A stretch of DNA of 64,000 nucleotides from Macrostomum lignano. Taxonomy: Eukaryota. The translations under genes and the position numbers were made by a program. The notes below the pieces were generated by a model. The model worked only from the letters and a program-made list of their open reading frames with translations. It did not search any database and was not told where the DNA came from. The first letter of the stretch is position 1; each line of letters opens with the position of its first letter. Shown one piece after another: positions 1 to 13,400 of the stretch. Location: the NCBI GenBank assembly GCA_002269645.1, contig NIVC01000986.1, positions 186,001 to 250,000 of the forward strand, given 5' to 3'.

Positions 1-656
1 TCAATTTCCTGCCTTGAAATTTGGTTACCTTTTGTTACGCGTTGGCATTCACTCGTTAATGCTTGTGTTGACATTTGTTTTCCTGCTATTGTTAAAATCA
101 GCGAATCCCCCGGAGTTCTACAATATTTTATCCACAGGTCTACAAAACTTTTTTATTGCAATTTCAATAATTACGAGCTGGTGAGCCATAAGGTTTGTCT
201 TCCAGTCGTAAAATTGTCCCTATTGCGTTTTCGATGTGATGAGGATCGACTCATTGTTAGGGACGACTAAAAGTATACACAAATGCAAAATATCCAACAA
301 GATTCGTTCAGAAAAGTTTGTTTAATCCATTCTGCTCGTCAAACAACGCAATTAATGTCACAAGCTACATACACATAACTTACAGTAGTTATCATCTGTT
401 TATCTTGCTTTCCTGTTCCTACATCCGATTCCACAGCGGTAAAAGCTACCTGGGTTGGCTAAAAACTTCTGCTTTTAGTCGGTTGAGTACTGAGCTGGTC
501 ACTAACAAGCTCGTGGATGATAAAAGCTTTCCACCACTTCACTGCGGCCCATCGCTCTCTCCTTTATCCAGAGGCAAGGAAAGCAAACTGAAGGCAAAGT
601 GCAAGTCCTGTGCTAAATAAACCTGCGCTAATCGGTTACTGCAAATTCTCATAGCA

Positions 657-1427
657 ATGAACTCGCGCTATCCAGCCGCTGCGCTTCTCCTGCTGCTGCT
701 CTCCCAGGCGCAGTGGGCGAAGGTGACTCGCCAGCTGACCTTCCGCTACCTTGGCTGCTTCTTTGAGGGCTCCCCGACCCGCGACCTGCTGGGTCTAAGA
801 GGCCTGGACCAGCTGGGGCCTTACGGCCGGTGACGAGGCTTGACGAAGGCCTGACTTCCATCACTGGCATGACGCTGGAGATGTGCAGCCAGATGTGCGC
901 TCTGGGAGGCTTCACCTACTTTGGCGTCCAGTATGGCACCATCTGCTCCTGCGACTTCTCGTACGGCTCATCTGGCCCTGCTCCAGAGGCAGACTGTTCT
1001 ATAGGGTGCGACGGAAATACCTCCTAAAAGTGCGGAAACGGGTTCAGGATCTCCATGTACGAGATTCGCTACCAAGGTGAGCGATGGCTGGCAATTGTTC
1101 ATTAGCATACGTACTTAAGTACACCTATCTATTTATAATTCTATACCTATAACTGTCTGTTGAAACGCTTTTGTAGTTGAAGATATTTTTGAAACAGTCG
1201 CCGTCGCCTCAACGCAGCTGGTGCAAGTGAATCTCAGATACTCCGTGAAAACTCAAACTGCTGGTGCATCGAGATTTCTTATTGGCTGCCTGATGGAGTG
1301 TCGGGCCGCGGCCAGCGGTTGCCAGGCCGCGTTCTTTACTGCCGACAGCCGCTGCTACCTGCTGCGGTTTGCCGCGACGCCTGCGTCAGTGGCCGCGCTG
1401 CAGGGTGAGCTGTGGATCCGGGCCTGA
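657..1427 (+). pseudogene. Secreted WSC-domain protein with a C-terminal PAN/apple-like Cys module; disabled as assembled
   Basis: ATG 657 with signal peptide (MNSRYPAAALLLLLLSQAQWA), then WSC motifs YLGCF..RDL and MTLEMCSQMC..FTYFGVQYGTICSC..DCSIGCDGN. A frameshift lies near 824-830 and an in-frame TAA at 1025-1027 sits inside the domain (GNTS*KCGNG). Phase-1 intron 1077-1176 joins exon 1177-1427 (CLMECRAAASGCQAAFFTADSRCYLL). Confidence 0.7.
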
Positions 1428-1500
1428 GAGACCCCTGAGAGAGGGTGGAAAACTGGGACGCCGATTCATGAAAATAAGGCATTGCTGAATTATAATCCAC

Positions 1501-1701
<201 letters not shown>

Positions 1702-4454
1702 CTTGCACTATATGCTGAGTGCTCGGACATGGGTAATGTATTCAAAATTCAGAAAAACAACTTTTAAGCCTTTATATCAAATATATGCTGCAATCCATAG
1801 GGAAGTTAAGACTGAGTGATTTTTAAAGAGGACGCTTGCTGAATGAAGCACACAATTTAGCTCAGCATAGAAATAGAAAAACGCATTCGTTTCAAGACTT
1901 TTAACCGTAAAAGTTTGATGTTTACTGGAATTTCTAGCAAAATGCTTGCAACATACGTTTTCTAGCCTAATTGTAGGGTTTTACCGTCTTAAGAGGTTGT
2001 CTAAGACGTTGCATTTAGTTCTTATTTTGAGCGCCCGAGAGCATTCTGGAACTGTATCAGATGTCAGTATCTGTCATCAGCGTCTAAATATCATCAGCAT
2101 TAAAATAATTTATAGTATACATCTGGAGCAACTGTGGGTGATTTGGCTAAAGCACGGCACCTATTTTGTATTTTGTATATAGATGTACATGTACATGCTA
2201 GCCTACATGCATGCTACTAGTCATCTGAGATATATAGGAAATACCATTTCCTCTATCAGTGCTATATCATTCTGTATCCGTTCTTCCACATTGGTGCAAC
2301 AAAAGCCAACAGCGACGAAAAAAGACGCAGTCCTACGAAAAAGATGGTCCGTCAAGGGGAGACATGTTTGATGAAACTCATCTAGGAATTACTTTCAAAG
2401 TATTGTAGATGTACACATGTAGTTGTGTAACTGTTATAAACCTATCAGAGACAATGCACATGTTACCGAATTTCCATCTGAAGTTTCCTCGTCATGGAGT
2501 TTAAATTAACATCAATCAAACCGTTTGCAGCAAAAAACCGTAGACGGGTGCATAGTTCAGTAAATTCTCGGAATTTTCTTACGGCTTTTTAAAAACGGAG
2601 TACTTTGAACTTAACGCAATAGAAAAGAAAATTGAATTCTTTCACCGTGCCATTCGCGTCCTGCAACATGCCACAATTGCCACTGCATAGGCCCCACATA
2701 CAACAGTAACAAGCAAGTCAAATACTTTTTAATTTCAAAGCGCCTATTTTATCAAATTTTGTAGGCCTTGTTGTGCTTAAGGCAGCGTGGGCTATTGCAG
2801 GGTAGAAAAGTCAGTACAAAAGCAAAAAAGCTTGGAATTGGAGGGATGATGCCACTTATATTTGTAGTTTAATTAGTTCAACCATAAATTTATAGCATAA
2901 CTAGCATTATTTGGCTAACAGCAACCCCCAACCGGCCTAGGTCAACCCCAACTGGTCAGGGAAGAAGACAAACAACCCCAGCCAATCAGCCGCAAGAACT
3001 CTAGCAAGCTATATGCCTATATACACAACAGGCCTATAAAAAGGCATGCTAAGCAATATGCTAGGGGCCTAGGCCTATTATTAGAAACCTATATAAGGCC
3101 CATCGCCTTTCTGGCTTTCTGATCAGTTTAGTGTAATTGTTAGTAAGCCTAAGCCTACCTATATTCATTGATATTTTATTTTTAGGTAATATAACAAATA
3201 GCTTTCAATTTTCAATTTATAGGCCTAACTAGCAGTAGCAATAGGCCTAGCCCAAAGATAATATTATAGGCCAAATTATAGAGCCTTAGTCAGCATTAGA
3301 GATTGGGTAGGATCAATATTTTTAGGATTCCAATCTTTCTAGGATCCTTACTTAGATCTAGAGATTTTGGGATTATGAAAATGGTATCAAAATTCCATAT
3401 TTAATATTTTAGCATAATATAGAAGTGAACCTAGGATATGATCAAAAATTCTAAAATTAGGCCCTAGTCAGATGGGGAATCCTAATTTTAGGATTAAGAT
3501 TAGGATCCCATCCTATTTCTAAGAATTGTAACCTATGTTAGGCCTATAGTACAAGGCCTAAGATAGAAGCTTATATAGAGTAAGTCTAAATATTCATAAC
3601 TATAACTAATAATGGCCTCATTATATATTAAATTTAAATGAGCTTTTTAATTACTTTGCATGGCTAAATTGAGTGTCTTATATTTCTCATTATTAGGCTA
3701 AGACCATTATAAGCTAGGCCTATAATGGCTAGGCCTATAAAAAGAATCCAAAGCTACCTTGTAATCATTGTATACCCAAGAATATTTTATGTCTTTTAAA
3801 GATACTTAGCATTTTTGCAATATAAATGATTTGTAAATACCAAAATACATTGATTTAATTAAGCATATAATATAGGTCTTATAGAATCTTAATTTTATCT
3901 TGCTAGTATATAGTTTTTTATAAAATGTGGTATAACTATATCTAAAGGGCCTTTCTTATAAAATAACTTTGCTTTAGGCTTATATGTAATTAAAGTATTG
4001 TTCTTTGGTTGTAACTATTTAATGCTCTCCCTTTATTTTTTATCTATTATAAATTTTTCTTCTTTAAGTAGGTCTATGCCGTATACTGATACACCTAGAT
4101 AGTGTCTAGTGCATATGTATTATTTTCTTCAATATTTATCTTAGCATATAGCATGCCTAAATATCCATATCCATGAGTAGGCCTACTAAGTATTCCTTAT
4201 TTTTTAGCTCTAAATTCCTAGATCTAGACCTTAGACCTAGATAGTTGCCCTTGGATAGATAAGATTTGACTAGGAAAAGACAAGATCTATGCCTCTACTT
4301 TTGTACTCAGCAGAGGGCATGACTACTGCTAGTAGATGGCAGTACCTGGGCAGCTGTAATCCTTTTTTAGTTGGTCTATATAGGTACATAGCCAAGTTTA
4401 GTTATATGAATTTTACACACTACTGCCTATGCAATTTCAGTACAAGGAATCGCC

Positions 4455-7400
4455 ATGCTGTGCAAAAACTTTCTTGAAGTCCTCCAGGAGTTTCTTAGTG
4501 GTGAAGTGAGTCATTATTAATTAGCTTATTATTGCGTGACTGATTGACCAATGAGCTTGTTAGCCAGCTAAAGTGACCGCCTATTCCCACTTCAGAGAGT
4601 TCTTGTCTTCGTCAGCCTCGACCCGGAAGGCATTTGCGCTTGGAAAATCTTGCAGGTAAACTCGTTTCCGAACTCTTTTGTTGCAAGGCTGAGCCATTTT
4701 GTCATAACTGGCAGTCATTGAAGCCCGCCATCCCGAACTGCAGAGCCTGTTCAGGTGCCAGCACACCATGTACACCCTGCTGCCCGTGGCAAACTATCTG
4801 GATGTCAAAGACAGTTTCCGCGACAACTGCGAAGGCGTAAGCACTTCTTACGAATATTTTGGTTGAAAAGATTGAAGATCCGTCTTAAACATTTTTCCGG
4901 GCATTGGGTCCTGCGGATTTGGGCTATCAGGCTGCACTGGCAGTGAAAATGGCGATTTGCAACTGCAGCAGTTTCTAGGAAGCAGTAGCAAATGTGACAT
5001 TGTCAGACCCGATTTGCAACTGCAGTAGTTTCTAGGAAGCAGTAGCAAATGTGACATTGTCAGACCCGATTTGCAACTGCAGTAGTTTCTAGGAAGCAGT
5101 AGCAAATGTGACATTGTCAGACCCGATTTGCAACTGCAGTAGTTTCTAGGAAGCAGTAGCAAATGTGACATTGTCAGACCCGATTTGCAACTGCAGTAGT
5201 TTCTAGGAAGCAGTAGCAAATGTGACATTGTCAGACCCGATTTGCAACTGCAGTAGTTTCTAGGAAGCAGTAGCAAATGTGACATTGTCAGACCCGATTT
5301 GCAACTGCAGTAGTTTCTAGGAAGCAGTAGCAAATGTGACATTGTCAGACCCGATTTGCAACTGCAGTAGTTTCTAGGAAGCAGTTGCTAATGTGACATT
5401 GTCAGACCCGATTTGCAACTGCAGCAGTTTCTAGGAAGCAGTAGCAAATGTGATATTGTCAGACCCGATTTGCAACTGCAGTAGTTTCTAGGAAGCAGTA
5501 GCAAATGTGACATTGTCAGACCCGATTTGCAACTGCAGTAGTTTCTAGGAAGCAGTAGCAAATGTGACATTGTCAGACCCGATTTGCAACTTCAGTAGTT
5601 TCTAGGAAGCAGTTGCAAATGTGACATTGTCAGACCCGATTTGCAACTGCAGTAGTTTCTAGGAAGCAGTAGCAAATGTGACATTGTCAGACCCGATTTG
5701 CAACTGCAGCAGTTTCTAGGAAGCAGTTGCTAATGTGACATTGTCAGACCCGATTTGCAACTGCAGCAGTTTCTAGGAAGCAGTTGCTAATGTGACATTG
5801 TCAGACCCGATTTGCAACTGCAGTAGTTTCTAGGAAGCAGTAGCAAATGTGACATTGTCAGACCCGATTTGCAACTGCAGTAGTTTCTAGGAAGCAGTAG
5901 CAAATGTGACATTGTCAGACCCGATTTGCAACTGCAGTAGTTTCTAGGAAGCAGTAGCAAATGTGACATTGTCAGACCCGATTTGCAACTGCAGTAGTTT
6001 CTAGGAAGCAGTAGCAAATGTGACATTGTCAGACCCGATTTGCAACTGCAGTAGTTTCTAGGAAGCAGTAGCAAATGTGACATTGTCAGACCCGATTTGC
6101 AACTGCAGTAGTTTCTAGGAAGCAGTAGCAAATGTGACATTGTCAGACCCGATTTGCAACTGCAGTAGTTTCTAGGAAGCAGTTGCAAATGTGACATTGT
6201 CAGACCCGATTTGCAACTGCAGTAGTTTCTAGGAAGCAGTAGCAAATGTGACATTGTCAGACCCGATTTGCAACTGCAGTAGTTTCTAGGAAGCAGTTGC
6301 TAATGTGACATTGTCAGACCCGATTTGCAACTGCAGCAGTTTCTAGGAAGCAGTAGCAAATGTGATATTGTCAGACCCGATTTGCAACTGCAGTAGTTTC
6401 TAGGAAGCAGTAGCAAATGTGACATTGTCAGACCCGATTTGCAACTGCAGTAGTTTCTAGGAAGCAGTAGCAAATGTGACATTGTCAGACCCGATTTGCA
6501 ACTGCAGTAGTTTCTAGGAAGCAGTTGCTAATGTGACATTGTCAGACCCGATTTGCAACTGCAGCAGTTTCTAGGAAGCAGTAGCAAATGTGATATTGTC
6601 AGACCCGATTTGCAACTGCAGTAGTTTCTAGGAAGCAGTAGCAAATGTGACATTGTCAGACCCGATTTGCAACTGCAGTAGTTTCTAGGAAGCAGTAGCA
6701 AATGTGACATTGTCAGACCCGATTTGCAACTGCAGTAGTTTCTAGGAAGCAGTAGCAAATGTGACATTGTCAGACCCGATTTGCAACTGCAGTAGTTTCT
6801 AGGAAGCAGTAGCAAATGTGACATTGTCAGACCCGATTTGCAACTGCAGTAGTTTCTAGGAAGCAGTAGCAAATGTGACATTGTCAGACCCGATTTGCAA
6901 CTGCAGTAGTTTCTAGGAAGCAGTAGCAAATGTGACATTGTCAGACCCGATTTGCAACTGCAGTAGTTTCTAGGAAGCAGTTGCAAATGTGACATTGTCA
7001 GACCCGATTTGCAACTGCAGTAGTTTCTAGGAAGCAGTTGCTAATGTGACATTGTCAGACCCGATTTGCAACTGCAGCAGTTTCTAGGAAGCAGTAGCAA
7101 ATGTGATATTGTCAGACCCGATTTGCAACTGCAGTAGTTTCTAGGAAGCAGTAGCAAATGTGACATTGTCAGACCCGATTTGCAACTGCAGTAGTTTCTA
7201 GGAAGCAGTAGCAAATGTGACATTGTCAGACCCGATTTGCAACTTCAGTAGTTTCTAGGAAGCAGTTGCAAATGTGACATTGTCAGACCCGATTTGCAAC
7301 TGCAGTAGTTTCTAGGAAGCAGTAGCAAATGTGACATTGTCAGACCCGATTTGCAACTGCAGCAGTTTCTAGGAAGCAGTTGCTAATGTGACATTGTCAG

Positions 7401-10400
7401 ACCCGATTTGCAACTGCAGCAGTTTCTAGGAAGCAGTTGCTAATGTGACATTGTCAGACCCGATTTGCAACTGCAGTAGTTTCTAGGAAGCAGTAGCAAA
7501 TGTGACATTGTCAGACCCGATTTGCAACTGCAGCAGTTTCTAGGAAGCAGTTGCTAATGTGACATTGTCAGACCCGATTTGCAACTGCAGTAGTTTCTAG
7601 GAAGCAGTAGCGAATGTGACATTGTCAGACCCGATTTGCAACTGCAGTAGTTTCTAGGAAGCAGTAGCAAATGTGACATTGTCAGACCCGATTTGCAACT
7701 GCAGTAGTTTCTAGGAAGCAGTAGCAAATGTGACATTGTCAGACCCGATTTGCAACTGCAGTAGTTTCTAGGAAGCAGTAGCAAATGTGACATTGTCAGA
7801 CCCGATTTGCAACTGCAGTAGTTTCTAGGAAGCAGTAGCTAAATGTGACATTGTCAGACCCGATTTGCAACTTCAGTAGTTTCTAGGAAGCAGTAGCAAA
7901 TGTGACATTGTCAGACCCGATTTGCAACTGCAGTAGTTTCTAGGAAGCAGTAGCAATGTGACATTGTCAGACCGATTTGCAACTGCAGTAGTTTCTAGGA
8001 AGCAGTAGCAAATGTGACATTGTCAGACCCGATTTGCAACTGCAGTAGTTTCTAGGAAGCAGTAGCAAATGTGACATTGTCAGACCCGATTTGCAACTGC
8101 AGTAGTTTCTAGGAAGCAGTAGCAAATGTGACATTGTCAGACCCGATTTGCAACTGCAGTAGTTTCTAGGAAGCAGTAGCAAATGTGACATTGTCAGACC
8201 CGATTTGCAACTGCAGTAGTTTCTAGGAAGCAGTAGCAAATGTGACATTGTCAGACCCGATTTGCAACTGCAGTAGTTTCTAGGAAGCAGTTGCAAATGT
8301 GACATTGTCAGACCCGATTTGCAACTGCAGTAGTTTCTAGGAAGCAGTAGCAAATGTGACATTGTCAGACCCGATTTGCAACTGCAGTAGTTTCTAGGAA
8401 GCAGTAGCAAATGTGACATTGTCAGACCCGATTTGCAACTGCAGTAGTTTCTAGGAAGCAGTAGCAAATGTGACATTGTCAGACCCGATTTGCAACTGCA
8501 GTAGTTTCTAGGAAGCAGTAGCAAATGTGACATTGTCAGACCCGATTTGCAACTGCAGTAGTTTCTAGGAAGCAGTAGCAAATGTGACATTGTCAGACCC
8601 GATTTGCAACTGCAGTAGTTTCTAGGAAGCAGTAGCAAATGTGACATTGTCAGACCCGATTTGCAACTGCAGTAGTTTCTAGGAAGCAGTAGCAAATGTG
8701 ACATTGTCAGACCCGATTTGCAACTGCAGTAGTTTCTAGGAAGCAGTAGCAAATGTGACATTGTCAGACCCGATTTGCAACTGCAGTAGTTTCTAGGAAG
8801 CAGTAGCAAATGTGACATTGTCAGACCCGATTTGCAACTGCAGTAGTTTCTAGGAAGCAGTTGCTAATGTGACATTGTCAGACCCGATTTGCAACTGCAG
8901 TAGTTTCTAGGAAGCAGTAGCAAATGTGACATTGTCAGACCCGATTTGCAACTGCAGTAGTTTCTAGGAAGCAGTAGCAAATGTGACATTGTCAGACCCG
9001 ATTTGCAACTGCAGTAGTTTCTAGGAAGCAGTAGCAAATGTGACATTGTCAGACCCGATTTGCAACTGCAGTAGTTTCTAGGAAGCAGTAGCAAATGTGA
9101 CATTGTCAGACCCGATTTGCAACTGCAGTAGTTTCTAGGAAGCAGTAGCAAATGTGACATTGTCAGACCCGATTTGCAACTGCAGTAGTTTCTAGGAAGC
9201 AGTAGCAAATGTGACATTGTCAGACCCGATTTGCAACTGCAGTAGTTTCTAGGAAGCAGTAGCAAATGTGACATTGTCAGACCCGATTTGCAACTGCAGT
9301 AGTTTCTAGGAAGCAGTAGCAAATGTGACATTGTCAGACCCGATTTGCAACTGCAGTAGTTTCTAGGAAGCAGTAGCAAATGTGACATTGTCAGACCCGA
9401 TTTGCAACTGCAGTAGTTTCTAGGAAGCAGTAGCAAATGTGACATTGTCAGACCCGATTTGCAACTGCAGTAGTTTCTAGGAAGCAGTAGCAAATGTGAC
9501 ATTGTCAGACCCGATTTGCAACTGCAGTAGTTTCTAGGAAGCAGTAGCAAATGTGACATTGTCAGACCCGATTTGCAACTGCAGTAGTTTCTAGGAAGCA
9601 GTAGCAAATGTGACATTGTCAGACCCGATTTGCAACTGCAGTAGTTTCTAGGAAGCAGTAGCAAATGTGACATTGTCAGACCCGATTTGCAACTGCAGTA
9701 GTTTCTAGGAAGCAGTAGCGAATGTGACATTGTCAGACCCGATTTGCAACTGCAGTAGTTTCTAGGAAGCAGTAGCAAATGTGACATTGTCAGACCCGAT
9801 TTGCAACTGCAGTAGTTTCTAGGAAGCAGTAGCAAATGTGACATTGTCAGACCCGATTTGCAACTGCAGTAGTTTCTAGGAAGCAGTAGCAAATGTGACA
9901 TTGTCAGACCCGATTTGCAACTGCAGTAGTTTCTAGGAAGCAGTAGCAAATGTGACATTGTCAGACCCGATTTGCAACTGCAGTAGTTTCTAGGAAGCAG
10001 TTGCAAATGTGACATTGTCAGACCCGATTTGCAACTGCAGTAGTTTCTAGGAAGCAGTAGCAAATGTGACATTGTCAGACCCGATTTGCAACTGCAGTAG
10101 TTTCTAGGAAGCAGTAGCAAATGTGACATTGTCAGACCCGATTTGCAACTGCAGTAGTTTCTAGGAAGCAGTAGCAAATGTGACATTGTCAGACCCGATT
10201 TGCAACTGCAGTAGTTTCTAGGAAGCAGTAGCAAATGTGACATTGTCAGACCCGATTTGCAACTGCAGTAGTTTCTAGGAAGCAGTAGCAAATGTGACAT
10301 TGTCAGACCCGATTTGCAACTGCAGTAGTTTCTAGGAAGCAGTAGCAAATGTGACATTGTCAGACCCGATTTGCAACTGCAGTAGTTTCTAGGAAGCAGT

Positions 10401-13400
10401 AGCAAATGTGACATTGTCAGACCCGATTTGCAACTGCAGTAGTTTCTAGGAAGCAGTAGCAAATGTGACATTGTCAGACCCGATTTGCAACTGCAGTAGT
10501 TTCTAGGAAGCAGTTGCAAATGTGACATTGTCAGACCCGATTTGCAACTGCAGTAGTTTCTAGGAAGCAGTAGCAAATGTGACATTGTCAGACCCGATTT
10601 GCAACTGCAGTAGTTTCTAGGAAGCAGTTGCAAATGTGACATTGTCAGACCCGATTTGCAACTGCAGTAGTTTCTAGGAAGCAGTAGCAAATGTGACATT
10701 GTCAGACCCGATTTGCAACTGCAGTAGTTTCTAGGAAGCAGTTGCTAATGTGACATTGTCAGACCCGATTTGCAACTGCAGTAGTTTCTAGGAAGCAGTA
10801 GCAAATGTGACATTGTCAGACCCGATTTGCAACTGCAGTAGTTTCTAGGAAGCAGTTGCTAATGTGACATTGTCAGACCCGATTTGCAACTGCAGTAGTT
10901 TCTAGGAAGCAGTTGCTAATGTGACATTGTCAGACCCGATTTGCAACTGCAGTAGTTTCTAGGAAGCAGTAGCAAATGTGACATTGTCAGACCCGATTTG
11001 CAACTGCAGTAGTTTCTAGGAAGCAGTAGCAAATGTGACATTGTCAGACCCGATTTGCAACTGCAGTAGTTTCTAGGAAGCAGTTGCAAATGTGACATTG
11101 TCAGACCCGATTTGCAACTGCAGTAGTTTCTAGGAAGCAGTAGCAAATGTGACATTGTCAGACCCGATTTGCAACTGCAGTAGTTTCTAGGAAGCAGTAG
11201 CAAATGTGACATTGTCAGACCCAATCTATCACCAACTATTTTTTCAACAATGTTACAACAATGCAACTGCATTGTTGGCTCTTGTTGGCTCTCCATTCGG
11301 GTGCAGCAGAAAAATTCTCCACCGCTGCACAATGAAGACCATAGCGAGCCTCCCACCCGCAGGTCTCATTCGGAGTGCTGGTGAACTGCGGCGCCACCAT
11401 CGACATCTGGGAGACGCTGCAGCCTCCGGCAGATTTTCAATTCTACGTTATCGACTCGCACCGGCCCTTTCACATTAGCAACTTCTACAACCAGCAGCAG
11501 GTGCACCTGCTGGTCAGCGAGGGCGAGGAGGTCACCGTTCCTGCCTACGATGTCGTCTTCCGCGACTCCGATGTGAGTGCGCAGTGCCTTGTATAGAGAG
11601 CTAATCCTGTTCTGTGACACTTTTCTGTGGGTCCGCTGCTCCAATTCCTGTCATTCACATGAATCTCTTGCAATTCACCCGAGTCTCCTGCTATTCACCT
11701 GAGTCTCCTGCTATTCACCTGAGTCTCCTGCCATTCACCTGAGTCTCCTGCCATTCACCCGAGTCTCCTGCCATTCACCCGAGTCTCCTGCCATTCACCC
11801 GAGTCTCCTGCCATTCACCCGAGTCTCCTGCCATTCACCCGAGTCTCCTGCCATTCACCCGAGTCTCCTGCCATTCACCTAAATCTCCTGCCGTTCAGCT
11901 GAGTCTCCTGCCATTCACTCGAATCTCCTGCCATTCACCCGAGTCTCCTGCCATTCACCCGAGTCTCCTGCCATTCACCCGAGTCTCCTGCCATTCACCT
12001 AAATCTCCTGCCGTTCAGCTGAGTCTCCTGCCATTCACTCGAATCTCCTGCCATTCACCTGAATCTTCGACACGCACCAACCGTTTCCATTTACCTGAGC
12101 CTAACCATAAGCACTAACCCTGGCTCTCGCCGTTAGAACGAGAACTCGGACGCGGAAGAGGCGGACGAAGACGCCGACCCGGACGCCGCCACGGCCGCCC
12201 TGAGCGCCGCTGAGCGTCGGCGCGCCCGCCGTGAGTGGCGCAGCCGCAGAGAGCGGGCGCTGCTGGAGCACGAGCAGTTCACCTACCACGGCCCGACCTC
12301 CAGCCTGCTGCTGCTCGAGCAGGCCTTCCGCACCTCCCGGCCCAGCCTCTCGGCTCTGTGGTGCGCCATCGTTGGCCACACCTGGCAGCTGTTGAGCGGC
12401 CGCTTAGACTGGGACGCCTACTTTGAGGCCGTCTGCGGCCTGCAGGCCCATGTGACCAGCTGGCGAAACGCCTCCTCAGCGGCCTCCGCTTCCGCTACTA
12501 CCCTGGAATCGCAGCTGCAGGTGGGGGCTGCTGATGAACTGAGGAGCTCAGATTTCTATGACCCAACCTTGTGAGCAGCTTCAGGGCGGCCTTGACCTTA
12601 ACTGACCCAAACCGCCACCCCACCGCCAGGAGACCATCTCCTCCCCTGCCGAGCTTCAGTTCAGCCGCTGCCTGAACCTGTGGCTGCTGCGGCACTGGAG
12701 CCTGGAGGACTGCATGCGCTGCAGCCCGCACACCGCCTGCGCCCTGCAGCTGTTCGGCTCCCGCGGCCGCCAGCGACTGCTGCAGTTCCTTGCTGATGCC
12801 GGCATCGCCCAGAGAGAGGCCCGGCAGCCGTTCGACTGCATGTCCCTGCAGCTGCAGAACGGGCTGGAGAACTCCTTCAGCCGGCTGGCGGGTGAGCGGC
12901 GCTGGGACCCTGCCAGAATATTTGGCCGGTGGTGTCAGATTGCAGGATCATTTGAATGACGTAGGAGCCATCTAGATTTCCCAGAGGACCCTATGAGGAA
13001 CCAGGGTTCTCAGTTGACTCTTTAAGGTGTCGAAGTTTGCAGGCACCCTTTGAGTTATCGGTGATCGCAGACCCACAGCCAGTCAATGCACCAACCCTCC
13101 CCCCCCCAGGCAAATTCAAGCTGGACCCGGAGCGCCTCTTCCTGCCCACCTTCACTGCCAAGGCAGCCTTCCGGCCGGCCCTGGTGGCCACTGACTGCGC
13201 TCTGCTGTGCGCCTGCCACCTGACCCGGGGCGACTTCTGCGCCGCCATCGACTGCGTCACCATCGAGTGCAGCGAGGGCGTCTGCCGGGACCTCGGCCTG
13301 GTGCGCGACTGGCTGAGCGGACAGGTGGGTGACGGAGTTAAGGATTGGGTTGGGTCAACGGGTCACGGGTAAGGGACTGGGGTTGGGTCAATGGGTCACG

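Noticed and set aside
4848-11356. Long minus-strand ORFs (up to 611 aa) of MSHLLLLPRNYCSCKSGLT repeats
   Set aside because: They are translations of a 57-bp (19-codon) satellite, antisense within a CDC45 intron; there is no sign of coding constraint.
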